A DNA stretch of 64,000 nucleotides from Elusimicrobia bacterium RIFOXYA2_FULL_39_19. Lineage in GTDB: Bacteria > Elusimicrobiota > Endomicrobiia > CG1-02-37-114 > XYA2-FULL-39-19. This document shows, piece by piece, positions 19,701-29,603 of this stretch; within the stretch, counting starts at the first letter, position 1; the number at the start of each line of letters is the position of its first letter. The translations under genes and the position numbers were made by a program. The stretch covers positions 8,272-72,271 of the forward strand of contig MGVC01000054.1 of assembly GCA_001800285.1 (NCBI GenBank), given 5' to 3'. A model generated the notes under the pieces. That model did not search any database, was not told the origin of the DNA, and saw only the letters and a program-made list of their open reading frames with translations.

Positions 19701-19703
19701 TGA

Positions 19704-20789
19704 CTATTTGCTTTTCAAAGAAGCATTCTTATAAAACGGGGGTTTTACAATTCCCGCCGAAAGCTTTCTGCTTCCTGAAACAATCTCTATCTTATTTCCA
19801 ATAATTGCGTGTTCTGCTTTCACATAACCCAGCCCGATGCCGACTTTTAACGAAGGGGAAAAGGCCCCGCTGGTCACCACCCCTGTTAATTCATTATTAA
19901 AATAAATCTCAAACCCGTTGCGCGCTGACTGGCGCCCGTCAACCACAAAACCCGCCAGCTTAAGAGCCGTGCCTTCACTAAGCTGTTTTTCAAGCACCGC
20001 TTTTCCTATAAAATCTTTCTTTAATGAAATATTTCTATTAAATCCTGCCTCAGCCGGCGTCTTTGTTTCATCCATCTCATGGCCGTAAAGCGGATAGCCC
20101 ATTTCCAGTCTCAGCGTATCTCTGGCGCCTAACCCCGCGGGCTTCACCTGCGGATAGGCAAGCAGTTTGCGCCAAATTTCAACAGCGTGGGAAGCATCAA
20201 AATAAAGTTCAAAACCCAGCTCGCCTGTATAACCCGTACGGCTTACAATAAACTTAATGCCGTTAATTTCTGCCTGTATGAAATGATAATAACTTATTTT
20301 TTCAAGTGAGTGCCCGGTAAAAGCGTTTAACACTTCCAGCACTTTCGGTCCCTGCACATCCAGCTTGGCAGTTTTATCCGACACATTTTCAAAAACTGTA
20401 TTTTTGCCCAGGCGCGCTTTAATCCACGCTTCATCTTTTGAAATAGTGCCGGCATTTACTACCAGCATAAACTTTTTTTCTTCCAGCCGGTAAACAATCA
20501 AATCATCCAGCACGTACCCCGCATCATTTAGCAAAAAACCATACCTGCACCGGCCTATTATTAAGGTGGCCACATCGCAGGTAACCAGTTTTTCAATATC
20601 AGCGGCAGCACTATCGCCGGAAATAATAAATTCACCCATGTGGCAGATATCAAACACCGACACGGCAGTTCTGGTATGGTTGTGCTCATCAATAATTCCG
20701 GAATATTGGATAGGCATCTGAAAACCGGCAAATTCTGCCATTAAAGCTTTCAGCGAAATGTGTTCATCAAATAATGGGGTTTTTAACAT
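19704..20789 (-). CDS. gcvT: Aminomethyltransferase (glycine cleavage T protein).
   Basis: Full-length GcvT architecture. 'TGYTGELGFELY' motif. Confidence 0.9.
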   Translation of the reverse strand: MLKTPLFDEHISLKALMAEFAGFQMPIQYSGIIDEHNHTRTAVSVFDICHMGEFIISGDSAAADIEKLVTCDVATLIIGRCRYGFLLNDAGYVLDDLIVYRLEEKKFMLVVNAGTISKDEAWIKARLGKNTVFENVSDKTAKLDVQGPKVLEVLNAFTGHSLEKISYYHFIQAEINGIKFIVSRTGYTGELGFELYFDASHAVEIWRKLLAYPQVKPAGLGARDTLRLEMGYPLYGHEMDETKTPAEAGFNRNISLKKDFIGKAVLEKQLSEGTALKLAGFVVDGRQSARNGFEIYFNNELTGVVTSGAFSPSLKVGIGLGYVKAEHAIIGNKIEIVSGSRKLSAGIVKPPFYKNASLKSK

Positions 20790-20806
20790 GGTTATTCGGC
20801 AAGGAT

Positions 20807-21559
20807 TCAGGATATGTCTTTTACTACACCTAAAGGAAATTCTTTCATCAATACATTTTCTACCCAGTTACAGGCATCGTGCGGTGTCATCTGCCAGTCA
20901 ACCGGGCACATGGATAATATTTCCACTAAACTGAAACCTTTATTTTCAATCTGATTTTGAAATGCTTTTCTTATAGCGGCTTTTGCCTGGGTTACATGCG
21001 CAGGTTTGTTTACCGCCGTTCTGGCAAGGTATTTTGTGCCTGAAAGAACTGACAGCAGTTCGCAGACTTTTATGGGATACCCTTCATTATGCGGGTTTCT
21101 GCCGTTAGGTGTAGTCAAAGTTTTCTGGCCTATTATGGTTGTCGGCGCCATCTGCCCGCCAGTCATACCGTAATTGGCGTTATTAACAAAAATTACCGTT
21201 ATATTTTCACCGCGGTTGGCCGCATGGATAATTTCACCCGTGCCGATAGCCGCTAAATCTCCGTCACCCTGGTAAGTAAACACAATTTTATCCGGGGAAA
21301 CTCTTTTAATTCCCGTGGCTACCGCCGGCGGCCTGCCGTGCGGGGCTTCTGTAACGTCAAAATTAAAATAATCATAGGCAAATACCGCACAGCCTACCGG
21401 CGCAATGCCGATAGTTTTTTCACGCACGCCGAATTCATCTATCACTTCCGCAATAAGGCGGTGTATAATGCCGTGCCCGCAGCCGGCACAATAAAGATGT
21501 CTGCTGGGTTTTAAACTTTCCGGCCTGGAATATTTAAATCCGTTTTTTAATGAATTCAT
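20807..21559 (-). CDS. korB: 2-oxoacid:ferredoxin oxidoreductase beta subunit (TPP-binding).
   Basis: 'YCAGCGHG' N-terminal Cys motif. 'GDGD' TPP-binding. Confidence 0.85.
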   Translation of the reverse strand: MNSLKNGFKYSRPESLKPSRHLYCAGCGHGIIHRLIAEVIDEFGVREKTIGIAPVGCAVFAYDYFNFDVTEAPHGRPPAVATGIKRVSPDKIVFTYQGDGDLAAIGTGEIIHAANRGENITVIFVNNANYGMTGGQMAPTTIIGQKTLTTPNGRNPHNEGYPIKVCELLSVLSGTKYLARTAVNKPAHVTQAKAAIRKAFQNQIENKGFSLVEILSMCPVDWQMTPHDACNWVENVLMKEFPLGVVKDIS

Positions 21560-22583
21560 ATATTTCTTCCGCTGTAAATATGGCTCCGCCGGGCCTGCCG
21601 ATAAAATCTACCGGTATCCGGCCGTTGGCTGCCAGGCGCACATCTTCTACCATCTGGCCCAAGTTCATTTCCACTACTACCATTCTCTTTACTTTTTTTG
21701 ATATTGCAGACAGTTCTTTTTCCGGGAAAGGCCAAAGTGTGATGGGCCGGAACATTCCTATTTTCTTTTTATCTTTCTTTGCCAGTTGAAGCACGGTGGT
21801 GCACACCCGTGAAGATATGCCGAAAGCTACAATTACGGTATCTGCTTTTTCTACGTTATAGGTTTCATACTTAACTTCGTTTTTCTTTATAGTTTCGTAT
21901 TTTTTGTTTAGCTTCCAGTTGTGCGCTTCCAGTTCACCATCTGCCATTAAAAGGGAGCGTATTTTTCTGGGCTCCCTGCCCGCGCACCCGTCCAATATCC
22001 AGTCTTTTTTAATATTTGAAATTTGAGATTTGAAATTTGAAATTTTGATGGGTTCCATCATCTGGCCTACATAACCGTCAGATAAAATTAATACCGGGTT
22101 CCTGTATTTTTCAGCCAGGGCAAAAGCTTTATAGGCAAAGTCATACATTTCCTGCGGGCTGGAAGGAGCTAATACAATTAATCTGTAATCCCCATGGCCG
22201 CCGCCTTTAGTGGACTGGAAATAATCTGCCTGCGAACCGCTGATATTGCCCAGCCCCGGGCCCCCGCGGGTAACATTTGCTATTACGCACGGCAGTTCAC
22301 AACCTGCCAGGTAGGAAATACCTTCTTGTTTAAGGCTGATACCCGGCGATGATGAAGAAGTCATTGCGCGTTTGCCGGTTGCAGATACACCCAGGACCAT
22401 ATTTATGGCAGCCAGTTCGCTTTCTGCCTGCAGGAACACCCTTTTTAATTCAGGCATTCTGCGTGACATATGGGTGGAAACTTCATTTTGCGGGGTGATA
22501 GGATAACCGAAATACGCGTCACAGCCGGCGGCTATGGCACCTTCACAAAGCGCAATATTTCCCTGTAATAAAATTTTCTTCAT
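21534..22583 (-). CDS. korA: 2-oxoacid:ferredoxin oxidoreductase alpha subunit.
   Basis: Pyruvate-flavodoxin/ferredoxin oxidoreductase domain I/II pattern. Overlaps korB by 26 nt. Confidence 0.85.
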   Translation of the reverse strand: MKKILLQGNIALCEGAIAAGCDAYFGYPITPQNEVSTHMSRRMPELKRVFLQAESELAAINMVLGVSATGKRAMTSSSSPGISLKQEGISYLAGCELPCVIANVTRGGPGLGNISGSQADYFQSTKGGGHGDYRLIVLAPSSPQEMYDFAYKAFALAEKYRNPVLILSDGYVGQMMEPIKISNFKSQISNIKKDWILDGCAGREPRKIRSLLMADGELEAHNWKLNKKYETIKKNEVKYETYNVEKADTVIVAFGISSRVCTTVLQLAKKDKKKIGMFRPITLWPFPEKELSAISKKVKRMVVVEMNLGQMVEDVRLAANGRIPVDFIGRPGGAIFTAEEIYEFIKKRI

Positions 22584-22597
22584 TTTTCTAAAACACC

Positions 22598-22680
22598 GTA
22601 GTTAGTGATTACGTGGTTAGGTGGTTAGTTAAAAACTTTGTATTTTGCCAATCACGTAAACACTTATCCACGTATCCACT
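22598..22680. promoter_or_regulatory. GTGATTA/GTGGTTA heptamer array upstream of korA.
   Basis: 'gtgattacgtggttaggtggttag ... aatcacgtaaacacttatccacgtatccactta'. Confidence 0.5.
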
Positions 22681-22685
22681 TATTT

Positions 22686-22907
22686 CTATTTTATTTTTAT
22701 CGCATAATCCGGGCACATTAAATAACAAATCCCGCAAGAAGTGCAGTCTGCGGGATTTTCTACGTTTACCGGGTTATAACCTATTTTATTAAGCTTGTGT
22801 GTCTTTTTTATTATCTTTTTCGGGCAATAAATTACGCACAGTTCACAGCCCTTGCATATTTCTGTGTCAATTATTACCGGCAACTCATTTTCGTGCTGAT
22901 TTTCCAT
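22686..22907 (-). CDS. 4Fe-4S ferredoxin (oxidoreductase delta subunit-like).
   Basis: Two CxxCxxCxxxCP motifs ('CKGCELCVIYCP', 'CTSCGICYLMCP'). Confidence 0.85.
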   Translation of the reverse strand: MENQHENELPVIIDTEICKGCELCVIYCPKKIIKKTHKLNKIGYNPVNVENPADCTSCGICYLMCPDYAIKIK

Positions 22908-22955
22908 AGTTTTATTCTACTAAATTGGCGCTGTTTTTTCAAAAATACTGCCGGA

Positions 22956-23597
22956 CTACTTTGAAAGAACGTTTAATAGTTCTTTTGCTATTAAAAGGTG
23001 CCCGAACGGGTTAGGATGTACCGGTTCATTGCAGAATACATCCACATTGCGGTACTTCAAATGTTTTTGAAACATTTCGTGGGTTTTAACCAGCCGTGTT
23101 TTATACTTTTTAGCCATTTTTTCTACAACCTTCAGATATTTGGGCAGTAATTGAAGGACTTTTTTACGCAGTGTTTCTGAACTTTCTTTGCTTAAATAAA
23201 ACGGCTGTATGAGAACAATAGGCCCTTTAAAGGTTTTTCTTGTTCTTTCAAGCAGTTGATCATAAGTTTTTTCAAATAGTTCCGGAGGTACGGCCTCTTC
23301 TCTTTCATTAAGAAATCTGTGTAAATCATTTATGCCTATTTTTATTGAAAGGAAATCAAATTTATTGCTTAACACATCATCTGTCCAGCGTTCTTCTAAG
23401 TCAACTATTGTGTTACCGCTTATACCCTTGTTTATATACTTTATTTTTCTTTCCGGGTATTCCGCCGCAACAAGTTTTGTGAATAAATCCACATAGCCGT
23501 CTCCTAAACAACCATCATACTGTCTTCTGCCGCAATCCGTAATACTGTCTCCAATAAATAAAACACTCTGGCCTGACTTAATGCATAAATCTTTCAT
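22956..23597 (-). CDS. SGNH/GDSL-family hydrolase.
   Basis: 'VLFIGDSITD' block I. 'GINDL' block. Start at 23597 with AAGGAG 7 nt upstream. Confidence 0.7.
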   Translation of the reverse strand: MKDLCIKSGQSVLFIGDSITDCGRRQYDGCLGDGYVDLFTKLVAAEYPERKIKYINKGISGNTIVDLEERWTDDVLSNKFDFLSIKIGINDLHRFLNEREEAVPPELFEKTYDQLLERTRKTFKGPIVLIQPFYLSKESSETLRKKVLQLLPKYLKVVEKMAKKYKTRLVKTHEMFQKHLKYRNVDVFCNEPVHPNPFGHLLIAKELLNVLSK

Positions 23598-23620
23598 TTC
23601 TTTTCTCCTTAAATGTTTGT

Positions 23621-23752
23621 CTACTGGCATTGCCAGTGACACGAATATTTACCCCATGCAGTTTTTAAATAAAACAATTTGAAAACTATCGCAGGGGTAA
23701 ACGTCACACACGCAGAATTCCATTATAATGAAATTCTGCTGCCGTTTAAAAT
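23621..23752. repeat. Repeat family A, copy 2 (variant).
   Basis: 'ccccatgcagtttttaaataaaacaatttgaaaactatcgcaggggtaaacgtcacaca' plus the hairpin 'cagaattccattataatgaaattctg'. Confidence 0.85.
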
Positions 23753-24405
23753 AAGCTTTTCAGGAATAGCACGTTAACTTTCTTAAAATCTTCCGCCACT
23801 GCATCTGCTTTTGTAAGGTCCTGGTTGCAGGAATTATGATTAACATAGCCCAGGCATTTCATGCCGGCAGCTTTGGCCGCCTGCACGCCATGCATGGCAT
23901 CTTCTATCACCATACAATTTTCCGGATTCACGCCAAGCTGTTTTGCCGTTTCAATAAAAATATCCGGCGCGGGTTTGCCTTTTTTTACGTTTACTCCGCT
24001 TACCAGGGCATTAAAATATTTTTTAATATCAAGGATTTTCAGCACTGCTTCAATGTTACGCATATCGGAAGATGAAGCAACGGCAGTTTTAAGACCGGCT
24101 TTTTTAATATCTGCCAGCAGTTCGGGTACGCCGGGGATGGGCTTCTGGATATGTTTTTCTTTTTCCAGGTATTCCAGAAAACCTACCAGCTGCATTTGCG
24201 AAAGTTCTTCTACTGACTGGGTAAGTTTATACTTTTCTTTTAATATAGCAAACATTTCTTTGTTTGATACGCCAATGAAATGCGTGTATTCTTCTTCGCT
24301 GAAAGTTATGCCTACCTGCTTAAACAATTCCTTGTTTACTTCCAGGTGGAACGGCTCGCTGTCTATCAGCACGCCGTCCATATCAAAAATTACCGCCTCA
24401 AGCAT
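23746..24405 (-). CDS. HAD-superfamily hydrolase (beta-phosphoglucomutase-like subfamily IA).
   Basis: 'AVIFDMDGVLIDSE' motif I. 'GKPAPDIF' and 'EDAMHGVQAAKAAGM' motifs III/IV. Confidence 0.8.
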   Translation of the reverse strand: MLEAVIFDMDGVLIDSEPFHLEVNKELFKQVGITFSEEEYTHFIGVSNKEMFAILKEKYKLTQSVEELSQMQLVGFLEYLEKEKHIQKPIPGVPELLADIKKAGLKTAVASSSDMRNIEAVLKILDIKKYFNALVSGVNVKKGKPAPDIFIETAKQLGVNPENCMVIEDAMHGVQAAKAAGMKCLGYVNHNSCNQDLTKADAVAEDFKKVNVLFLKSLF

Positions 24406-24529
24406 GTTTCCTCTTTTATTTAAACTAATATAATGAAATGTTTTTGAACAACTTGCTTGCTTTCCTTTTTATTAGATGATGCAAGCACATTACTCATAGT
24501 TGCTATTTCAAATGAAAGAAAACGAATAT

Positions 24530-24582
24530 GATTTTCAACTGTTTGACGATCCCGCCATAGCGGGAGAGGAGTTTTGAAAATC
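24530..24582. repeat. Repeat family B, copy 3, embedded in a longer imperfect palindrome (~24505-24600).
   Basis: 'gattttcaactgtttgacgatcccgccatagcgggagaggagttttgaaaatc'. Outer arms 'aaagaaaacg...cgttttcttt'. Confidence 0.85.
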
Positions 24583-24645
24583 ACGTTTTCTTTCATTGTT
24601 CTGCAGGAGAAATAGCGAGGACGTGAAAAAATATTTCATTATATA

Positions 24646-25293
24646 TTACTTTCTCTTTAATATTCTTGAAACCAAATCAACTATCAAGACAATAAACAAC
24701 ATTGAAAAAGCAATTAAACTTAACGGTATCATGTTCCCCGGCCACTCAACCGGAGCAAACCACCCTTTATAACTCATCACGGCCAGGTGCAGCATCAGAA
24801 AAATCAATCCTAAATAGCCGCCTAACTGAAAAATAAGCGTGTTCTCAAGGCCTCGCCCTTCAAAATGATCAATAGCTGTAACCATGAGAAAAGCAATTAC
24901 GCCGAAAATCAGCGTTATAGCACCATAATAATGCAGTCCGCCGCTTGTATTAAATAATTTCGGAAAATTTGCCGGTGAAAAAAGCAGAATTGAAATAAAA
25001 ATATGCAGGACAACCGTTGTTGAAGTGATTATACCAAAGTGTTTTCTAATATGATGTCTTAAATACAGGCTCTCTGGTACAATTCTATTGTATGCATTAA
25101 GAATAATGATAGAACTTATTAAACTTACCGCAGACATTGCCAGCGCTTTATTGCAAAGAAACAATAAATGTGTTTCAAGCTCCATGTTTCCATAAATCAC
25201 ATATCTTTTAAGCGCATATATAAGGAAAGCAGCGAAGGAGACTACAAAAACCGCTACTGGCACGCCCCAGTTAAATGTTTTAGTGTTTAGCAT
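24646..25293 (-). CDS. Integral membrane protein, ~6 TM, unknown function.
   Basis: Hydrophobicity pattern only. Confidence 0.4.
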   Translation of the reverse strand: MLNTKTFNWGVPVAVFVVSFAAFLIYALKRYVIYGNMELETHLLFLCNKALAMSAVSLISSIIILNAYNRIVPESLYLRHHIRKHFGIITSTTVVLHIFISILLFSPANFPKLFNTSGGLHYYGAITLIFGVIAFLMVTAIDHFEGRGLENTLIFQLGGYLGLIFLMLHLAVMSYKGWFAPVEWPGNMIPLSLIAFSMLFIVLIVDLVSRILKRK

Positions 25294-25682
25294 TTTTCCT
25301 CACTTGCTTATTATACAATATTTAAACGCCAGTATTCATCTCCACTACAGTGGAGATGAATACGTGTGTGGTCTGCTATCTTTCTTAGCAGATACCAGCA
25401 GACACGATGAAGGTAACTGGCGTTTACCCCCGTGTCCCAAACATTGTTGTTCACGGGATATCGTTTTCACTTGCCTTTCCTTTTATATGATGACGCAAGT
25501 GCGCTATCCGCAGCACTTTATCCCTGCGGTAGTTTTCAAATTGTTCATTTTATGGGTAATATCCAGATATCCTATTGTAAAAGGAGGAATCAGGATTGAA
25601 AACTGCATGGGATAGCTCAGTAGGTAATATATCATATACTCTATTTACTTTGTAAATCAGGCAAGAAAATACTATAATCATA

Positions 25683-26228
25683 TTGGAAATGAATTTCATA
25701 ATACCTCAGAAACAAACCGGTTTTACCCTTATAGAAATGATGGTAGTAATTGCCATTATTGCTATTTTATCTGTGGTAGCCATTACCCAGTTTATGGGTA
25801 TGACTGACAAAGCTAAAGTTGCCTCTACCAAAGGATATCTTTCTACCTTAAGAAGTTCATCACACCTGTATTATGCCGACGAAAGCGGTATTTTCCCTTA
25901 TCAGTTAGCCGCTTTAACAGAAACCGACACAAACGGTAACAGCTGTTTATACTTTACCACCCCTATACAGAAAGAAAATAATGCCTGGGTACCTAAATAT
26001 ATGAATAAATGGATACCTAAAATAAGAACTGGCAGTTTAGCCTGGGGATTAGCCGGCACGGATAATGGCCACGAAGAAGGCAACAGCATAAAAATAGTAA
26101 ATGACAGCCATGCCCCGAAAGTAAATGTGGATTGGCCGGCTGAACTGATATATAACAGAGACAACGGCGAAGTGTGGATAAACAGCGAACTGACAGATAA
26201 AGAAGGCGTAAAGATTTCTGATTGGTAA
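25683..26228 (+). CDS. Type IV pilin / pseudopilin-like protein with a prepilin N-terminal methylation motif.
   Basis: 'QTGFTLIEMMVVIAIIAILSVVAI' is the class III signal (G/FTLIE). Confidence 0.8.
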   Translation: MEMNFIIPQKQTGFTLIEMMVVIAIIAILSVVAITQFMGMTDKAKVASTKGYLSTLRSSSHLYYADESGIFPYQLAALTETDTNGNSCLYFTTPIQKENNAWVPKYMNKWIPKIRTGSLAWGLAGTDNGHEEGNSIKIVNDSHAPKVNVDWPAELIYNRDNGEVWINSELTDKEGVKISDW

Positions 26229-26241
26229 CACGGAGGCATTT

Positions 26242-26811
26242 ATGCAGATGGAAACCATTACAAACATTGAATACGTAATACTGGCTTTTATTTCGGCTAT
26301 TGCTATTTATGAATTTCTGGGGCTCATGATAGCGCGCAGAAAAAAACTGACAACCAATGTGTCGCGCCTGGTAACTCATGCGGGCATTTTCTGTTTTGCG
26401 GTGCTTTTTGCCATTTATTCTGCACAGTGGCTGGCTTATTTCAGTACTATAAACCAGGAAAAACTAAACGATGTGCGGATTTTTAACTGGCAGTTTATTG
26501 CCATAATAATTGCCATGGGTTTTTCTATGATATGGGAATTTATAGGCATTTACGAGGCGCGCAGAGCGGGGAAAACAAAAAATATTGCCCGGTTTGTTTC
26601 CCACGGCATACTGATAATTTTCTTTTCCTTTCTTTTTTATACTTCCATATTAAAGTGGAACGTATATGTAAAAGCCCTTACGGAACCTTCCATGAATAAA
26701 ATGTCAACTTCGGTGCTTGTACCGGTAACGCCTGCCCAAACTCCGGCCACGGTAAGCACTAAACCTGCAAAAAAAGCATCTGCCAAATCAGCAAACACCA
26801 AAAAGAAATAA
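26242..26811 (+). CDS. Membrane protein with an internal two-fold repeat and a Lys/Ala-rich C-terminal tail.
   Basis: Two repeats of TM-'ARR.K....N..R.VSHG'-TM. Tail 'TPATVSTKPAKKASAKSANTKKK'. Confidence 0.45.
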   Translation: MQMETITNIEYVILAFISAIAIYEFLGLMIARRKKLTTNVSRLVTHAGIFCFAVLFAIYSAQWLAYFSTINQEKLNDVRIFNWQFIAIIIAMGFSMIWEFIGIYEARRAGKTKNIARFVSHGILIIFFSFLFYTSILKWNVYVKALTEPSMNKMSTSVLVPVTPAQTPATVSTKPAKKASAKSANTKKK

Positions 26812-26814
26812 TTA

Positions 26815-27921
26815 ATGAATTCCGTTTTCTTCCTAATCTTTTTTCTTGTTTTCCTAAGCATATATTCCGGCATGAACTTTTATGTTTACAGCCAGCTTGC
26901 CGGTAATATTGCCATGACACACCACGCCAAACTGTTTTTACGCGTTTTTTTTCTGTGCGGGTGGGCTTCCTTTATGCTGGGGGAGTACCTGATACACTGG
27001 AAAAATGACTGGTGGATAAAACTTATTGCTTATTGCGGTGTCTTATGGTTTGGTTTTATTGCCATAGCGCTTTCTGTTTTTATAATCAGGCACGTATCTG
27101 TGCTGTTTATTCACAGCGCGCCTTACAAACATTATTCAGCGGTTGGCGCGCTGCTGGTTTTGTTTCTGCTTTCTTTGTTTTCTTTTGTAAACCAGGCACG
27201 TGAGCCCAGAATAAAAACTGTCAGCATAAAAAGTTCTAAAATATCCGCCAAACTTGACGGGTTTGTTATTGTACAACTGTCAGATTTGCATTTAGACCAC
27301 TTAAAAACACCCCGCTGGCTTTTAAACATAGTAAACAAAACAAACGCGCTTAACCCTGACCTTATAGTAATCACCGGTGACCTGATAGATTCCACAGCAA
27401 CCGAATATACGCAGGCTCTTAAACTGCTTAAAGCCAAATACGGCGTGTATGCCGTAACAGGCAACCATGACTTTTATGCCGGGCTGAGCCATTTTACAGA
27501 AATTACAAACAATGCGGGCATAACAGTACTGCGCAACGAAAGAAAAACTATTAACGGGCTTATTGAACTTGCAGGTATTGATGATATACAGGGAGGGCGG
27601 TTTGAAAAAAACCTGCCTTCTTTAAAAGAAGTTATGCAGGGTACTGACTTAAACAAATTTGTTATTTTATTATCGCATCAACCGCAGGTTTTTGAAAAGG
27701 CCTCTGCCCTGGGAACAGATTTGGTGCTTTCCGGCCATACCCATGCCGGGCAGATCCCGCCCATGGATTTGATAGTAAAGTTTTATTACAAACATTCCTG
27801 CGGGCTTTACCAGAAAGGCTCTTCCTTTATATATACCAGCCCGGGCACGAGCTTCTGGGGCCCGCCGCTGCGCACCTTCAGTAGAAGTGAAATCACCAAA
27901 ATTGCCCTTTCCAGAAAATAA
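26815..27921 (+). CDS. Membrane-anchored calcineurin-like metallophosphoesterase.
   Basis: 'LSDLHLD', 'ITGDLID', 'GNHDFY', 'LSGHTHAGQ' metallophosphatase motifs after four N-terminal TM helices. Confidence 0.8.
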   Translation: MNSVFFLIFFLVFLSIYSGMNFYVYSQLAGNIAMTHHAKLFLRVFFLCGWASFMLGEYLIHWKNDWWIKLIAYCGVLWFGFIAIALSVFIIRHVSVLFIHSAPYKHYSAVGALLVLFLLSLFSFVNQAREPRIKTVSIKSSKISAKLDGFVIVQLSDLHLDHLKTPRWLLNIVNKTNALNPDLIVITGDLIDSTATEYTQALKLLKAKYGVYAVTGNHDFYAGLSHFTEITNNAGITVLRNERKTINGLIELAGIDDIQGGRFEKNLPSLKEVMQGTDLNKFVILLSHQPQVFEKASALGTDLVLSGHTHAGQIPPMDLIVKFYYKHSCGLYQKGSSFIYTSPGTSFWGPPLRTFSRSEITKIALSRK

Positions 27922-28028
27922 GCTTAACTATTCCACTTTTACCCTCGCCTCGTGGGAGAGGGTGGGGTGAGGGCATAAAGAAAATTAACCGTTTATACCA
28001 CACAACCCTGATGTGCGGATGTTTGTTT

Positions 28029-28701
28029 TCACAGAACTATCTTTTTTTCATGGCCTACACGGATGGCAGGGTCAATGTGGATTTTGAAACCGTTTTCTTT
28101 GGCTCTCAGGCAAAATGATACATCTTCCATCGTGCCCCGATTTTTCCTTTTACCAATTGACATCGGGATACCTCCCGGTATAGTCTATTATTTCGCCAAT
28201 TTTCTTTTCTATCGGTTTAAACCAGGGGTAGGTCATACTTTCAAACACGCCTTTTTTAATAAGCATAAACCCAAAACCGGTATAAGCTACTTCTATCAAA
28301 TTTGAGTCCGGTAGTTTTTGCTTCTCCCCGGACGAAACCCCGTCTGGTGACGCAAGACGGGTTATATCTTCCACTGTCAAAAACCTAAAACTGCCGTTTT
28401 GCTTGAAATATTCTTCATCCCAATCTTTTACGGTAGCAAAAGATTTACCGTCCTGCATTGCATAAATACCCGATATTATGTCTTTATCATGATCAAGAAG
28501 GGCCTGAAACTGCGCGGGGGAAAACAAAATATCGCTGTCTATCCACATAAGGTGTGTATAATCTATTTTGCTATCAAAGGGTTTCTGGTTTTCACCTCTT
28601 GCTACATCTGCGCCCAGGCACATATTGCGTACATAATATATGTTGCAGGACTCTTTGCGCGATATTACAAACTCCAGGCCAGTTACCTTACTCGTGCCTG
28701 C
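28029..28701 (-). pseudogene. Degraded family-2 glycosyltransferase. N-terminally truncated by a stop, with a frameshift near 28150.
   Basis: The 157-aa ORF carries the 'WIDSDILF' DxD region. The GT2 C-terminal signature 'EDVSFCLRAKENGFKIHIDPAIRVGHEK' lies in a different frame (28029-28130) just after the ORF's stop. The upstream in-frame extension hits a stop at 28702. Confidence 0.55.
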
Positions 28702-28866
28702 TTATACCCGATAGGAAGGGTAGCAGGCCCGATTGTTTGCAGTACATTAAAAGATTTATAAAACAATCCATAAACCTGCCGCTAAAATTACTGCCTGTCA
28801 GGCAGAATACTATTCTATTCTTTGACCACATTTGGAGTTCCTTTCTTTGGGATTTCTTTTTAAAAA

Positions 28867-29520
28867 TTAAAATTCAAACGATATTGATGGTTCTAAATAA
28901 TATGGGCTGGAATAATCATATTGAAATATTCTGTTAATATCATCAACCATTCTTAAGCTTACCGATTCTTCATAATTAACCGATAAACCAAAAACACATC
29001 GCTCAGTTATTTTATATTCCACCCCAGCGTGAATAATCCAATTAGTAATTCGTAAATCTATTGCTGCACTTCGACCATTTAAACTAAATGGTTTAAATTC
29101 AAATTTATTTAATACTCTTCCACACCCAATATAGTAGTTTAAATTATTTTTTAATTTATGTAAGTAATTTACTGTTAGTGTGTATGAGTTTAATTCCTGA
29201 ATTCCTGAATCCCATTTTAAATTATTCACATCGCTTATTTCTCCTATTTTTTCATAAGTTGCTAATGTTTTCTGATTAATATCTAAAAACACCCATTGCT
29301 TTGGGAAATATTTTATACCCCAACCAATTTTTTGCAGAACATGCTCATTTCCACTCCCTCTATGCTCAGACCCTACCCAACTTGTTTTATTTACGATTGT
29401 TTGGTAGTCGTATAAATAATACATTGTAATTTTCTCTTTATTATACCCAGGTTCTTCTGCAAAACTAATAGTAACAATATTAATAAATATACTTATTGCT
29501 AGTATAATACTATTTTTCAT
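28867..29520 (-). CDS. Outer-membrane beta-barrel protein.
   Basis: Signal peptide, alternating amphipathic strands, terminal aromatic '...PSISFEF'. Confidence 0.6.
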   Translation of the reverse strand: MKNSIILAISIFINIVTISFAEEPGYNKEKITMYYLYDYQTIVNKTSWVGSEHRGSGNEHVLQKIGWGIKYFPKQWVFLDINQKTLATYEKIGEISDVNNLKWDSGIQELNSYTLTVNYLHKLKNNLNYYIGCGRVLNKFEFKPFSLNGRSAAIDLRITNWIIHAGVEYKITERCVFGLSVNYEESVSLRMVDDINRIFQYDYSSPYYLEPSISFEF

Positions 29521-29603
29521 TTGTTATACCCCTTTTTGTAAAATAGATAGGCAGAATTCTATATTATTAATAGAATTCTGCCTATTCACAATATCCTCAA
29601 TTC

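Noticed and set aside
19156-19703. Glycine riboswitch upstream of the gcv genes.
   Set aside because: gcvT starts 17 bp after korB with no leader. The region upstream of gcvH consists of tandem repeats and a MITE. It lacks the conserved glycine-aptamer core (GGAGAG...ACCGAAGGGGCAA).
25283-25615. 110-aa plus-strand ORF.
   Set aside because: It lies entirely on a hairpin-repeat block (catctccactacagtggagatg, family-A fragment) and has no RBS. It is a likely translation artefact of repeat sequence.
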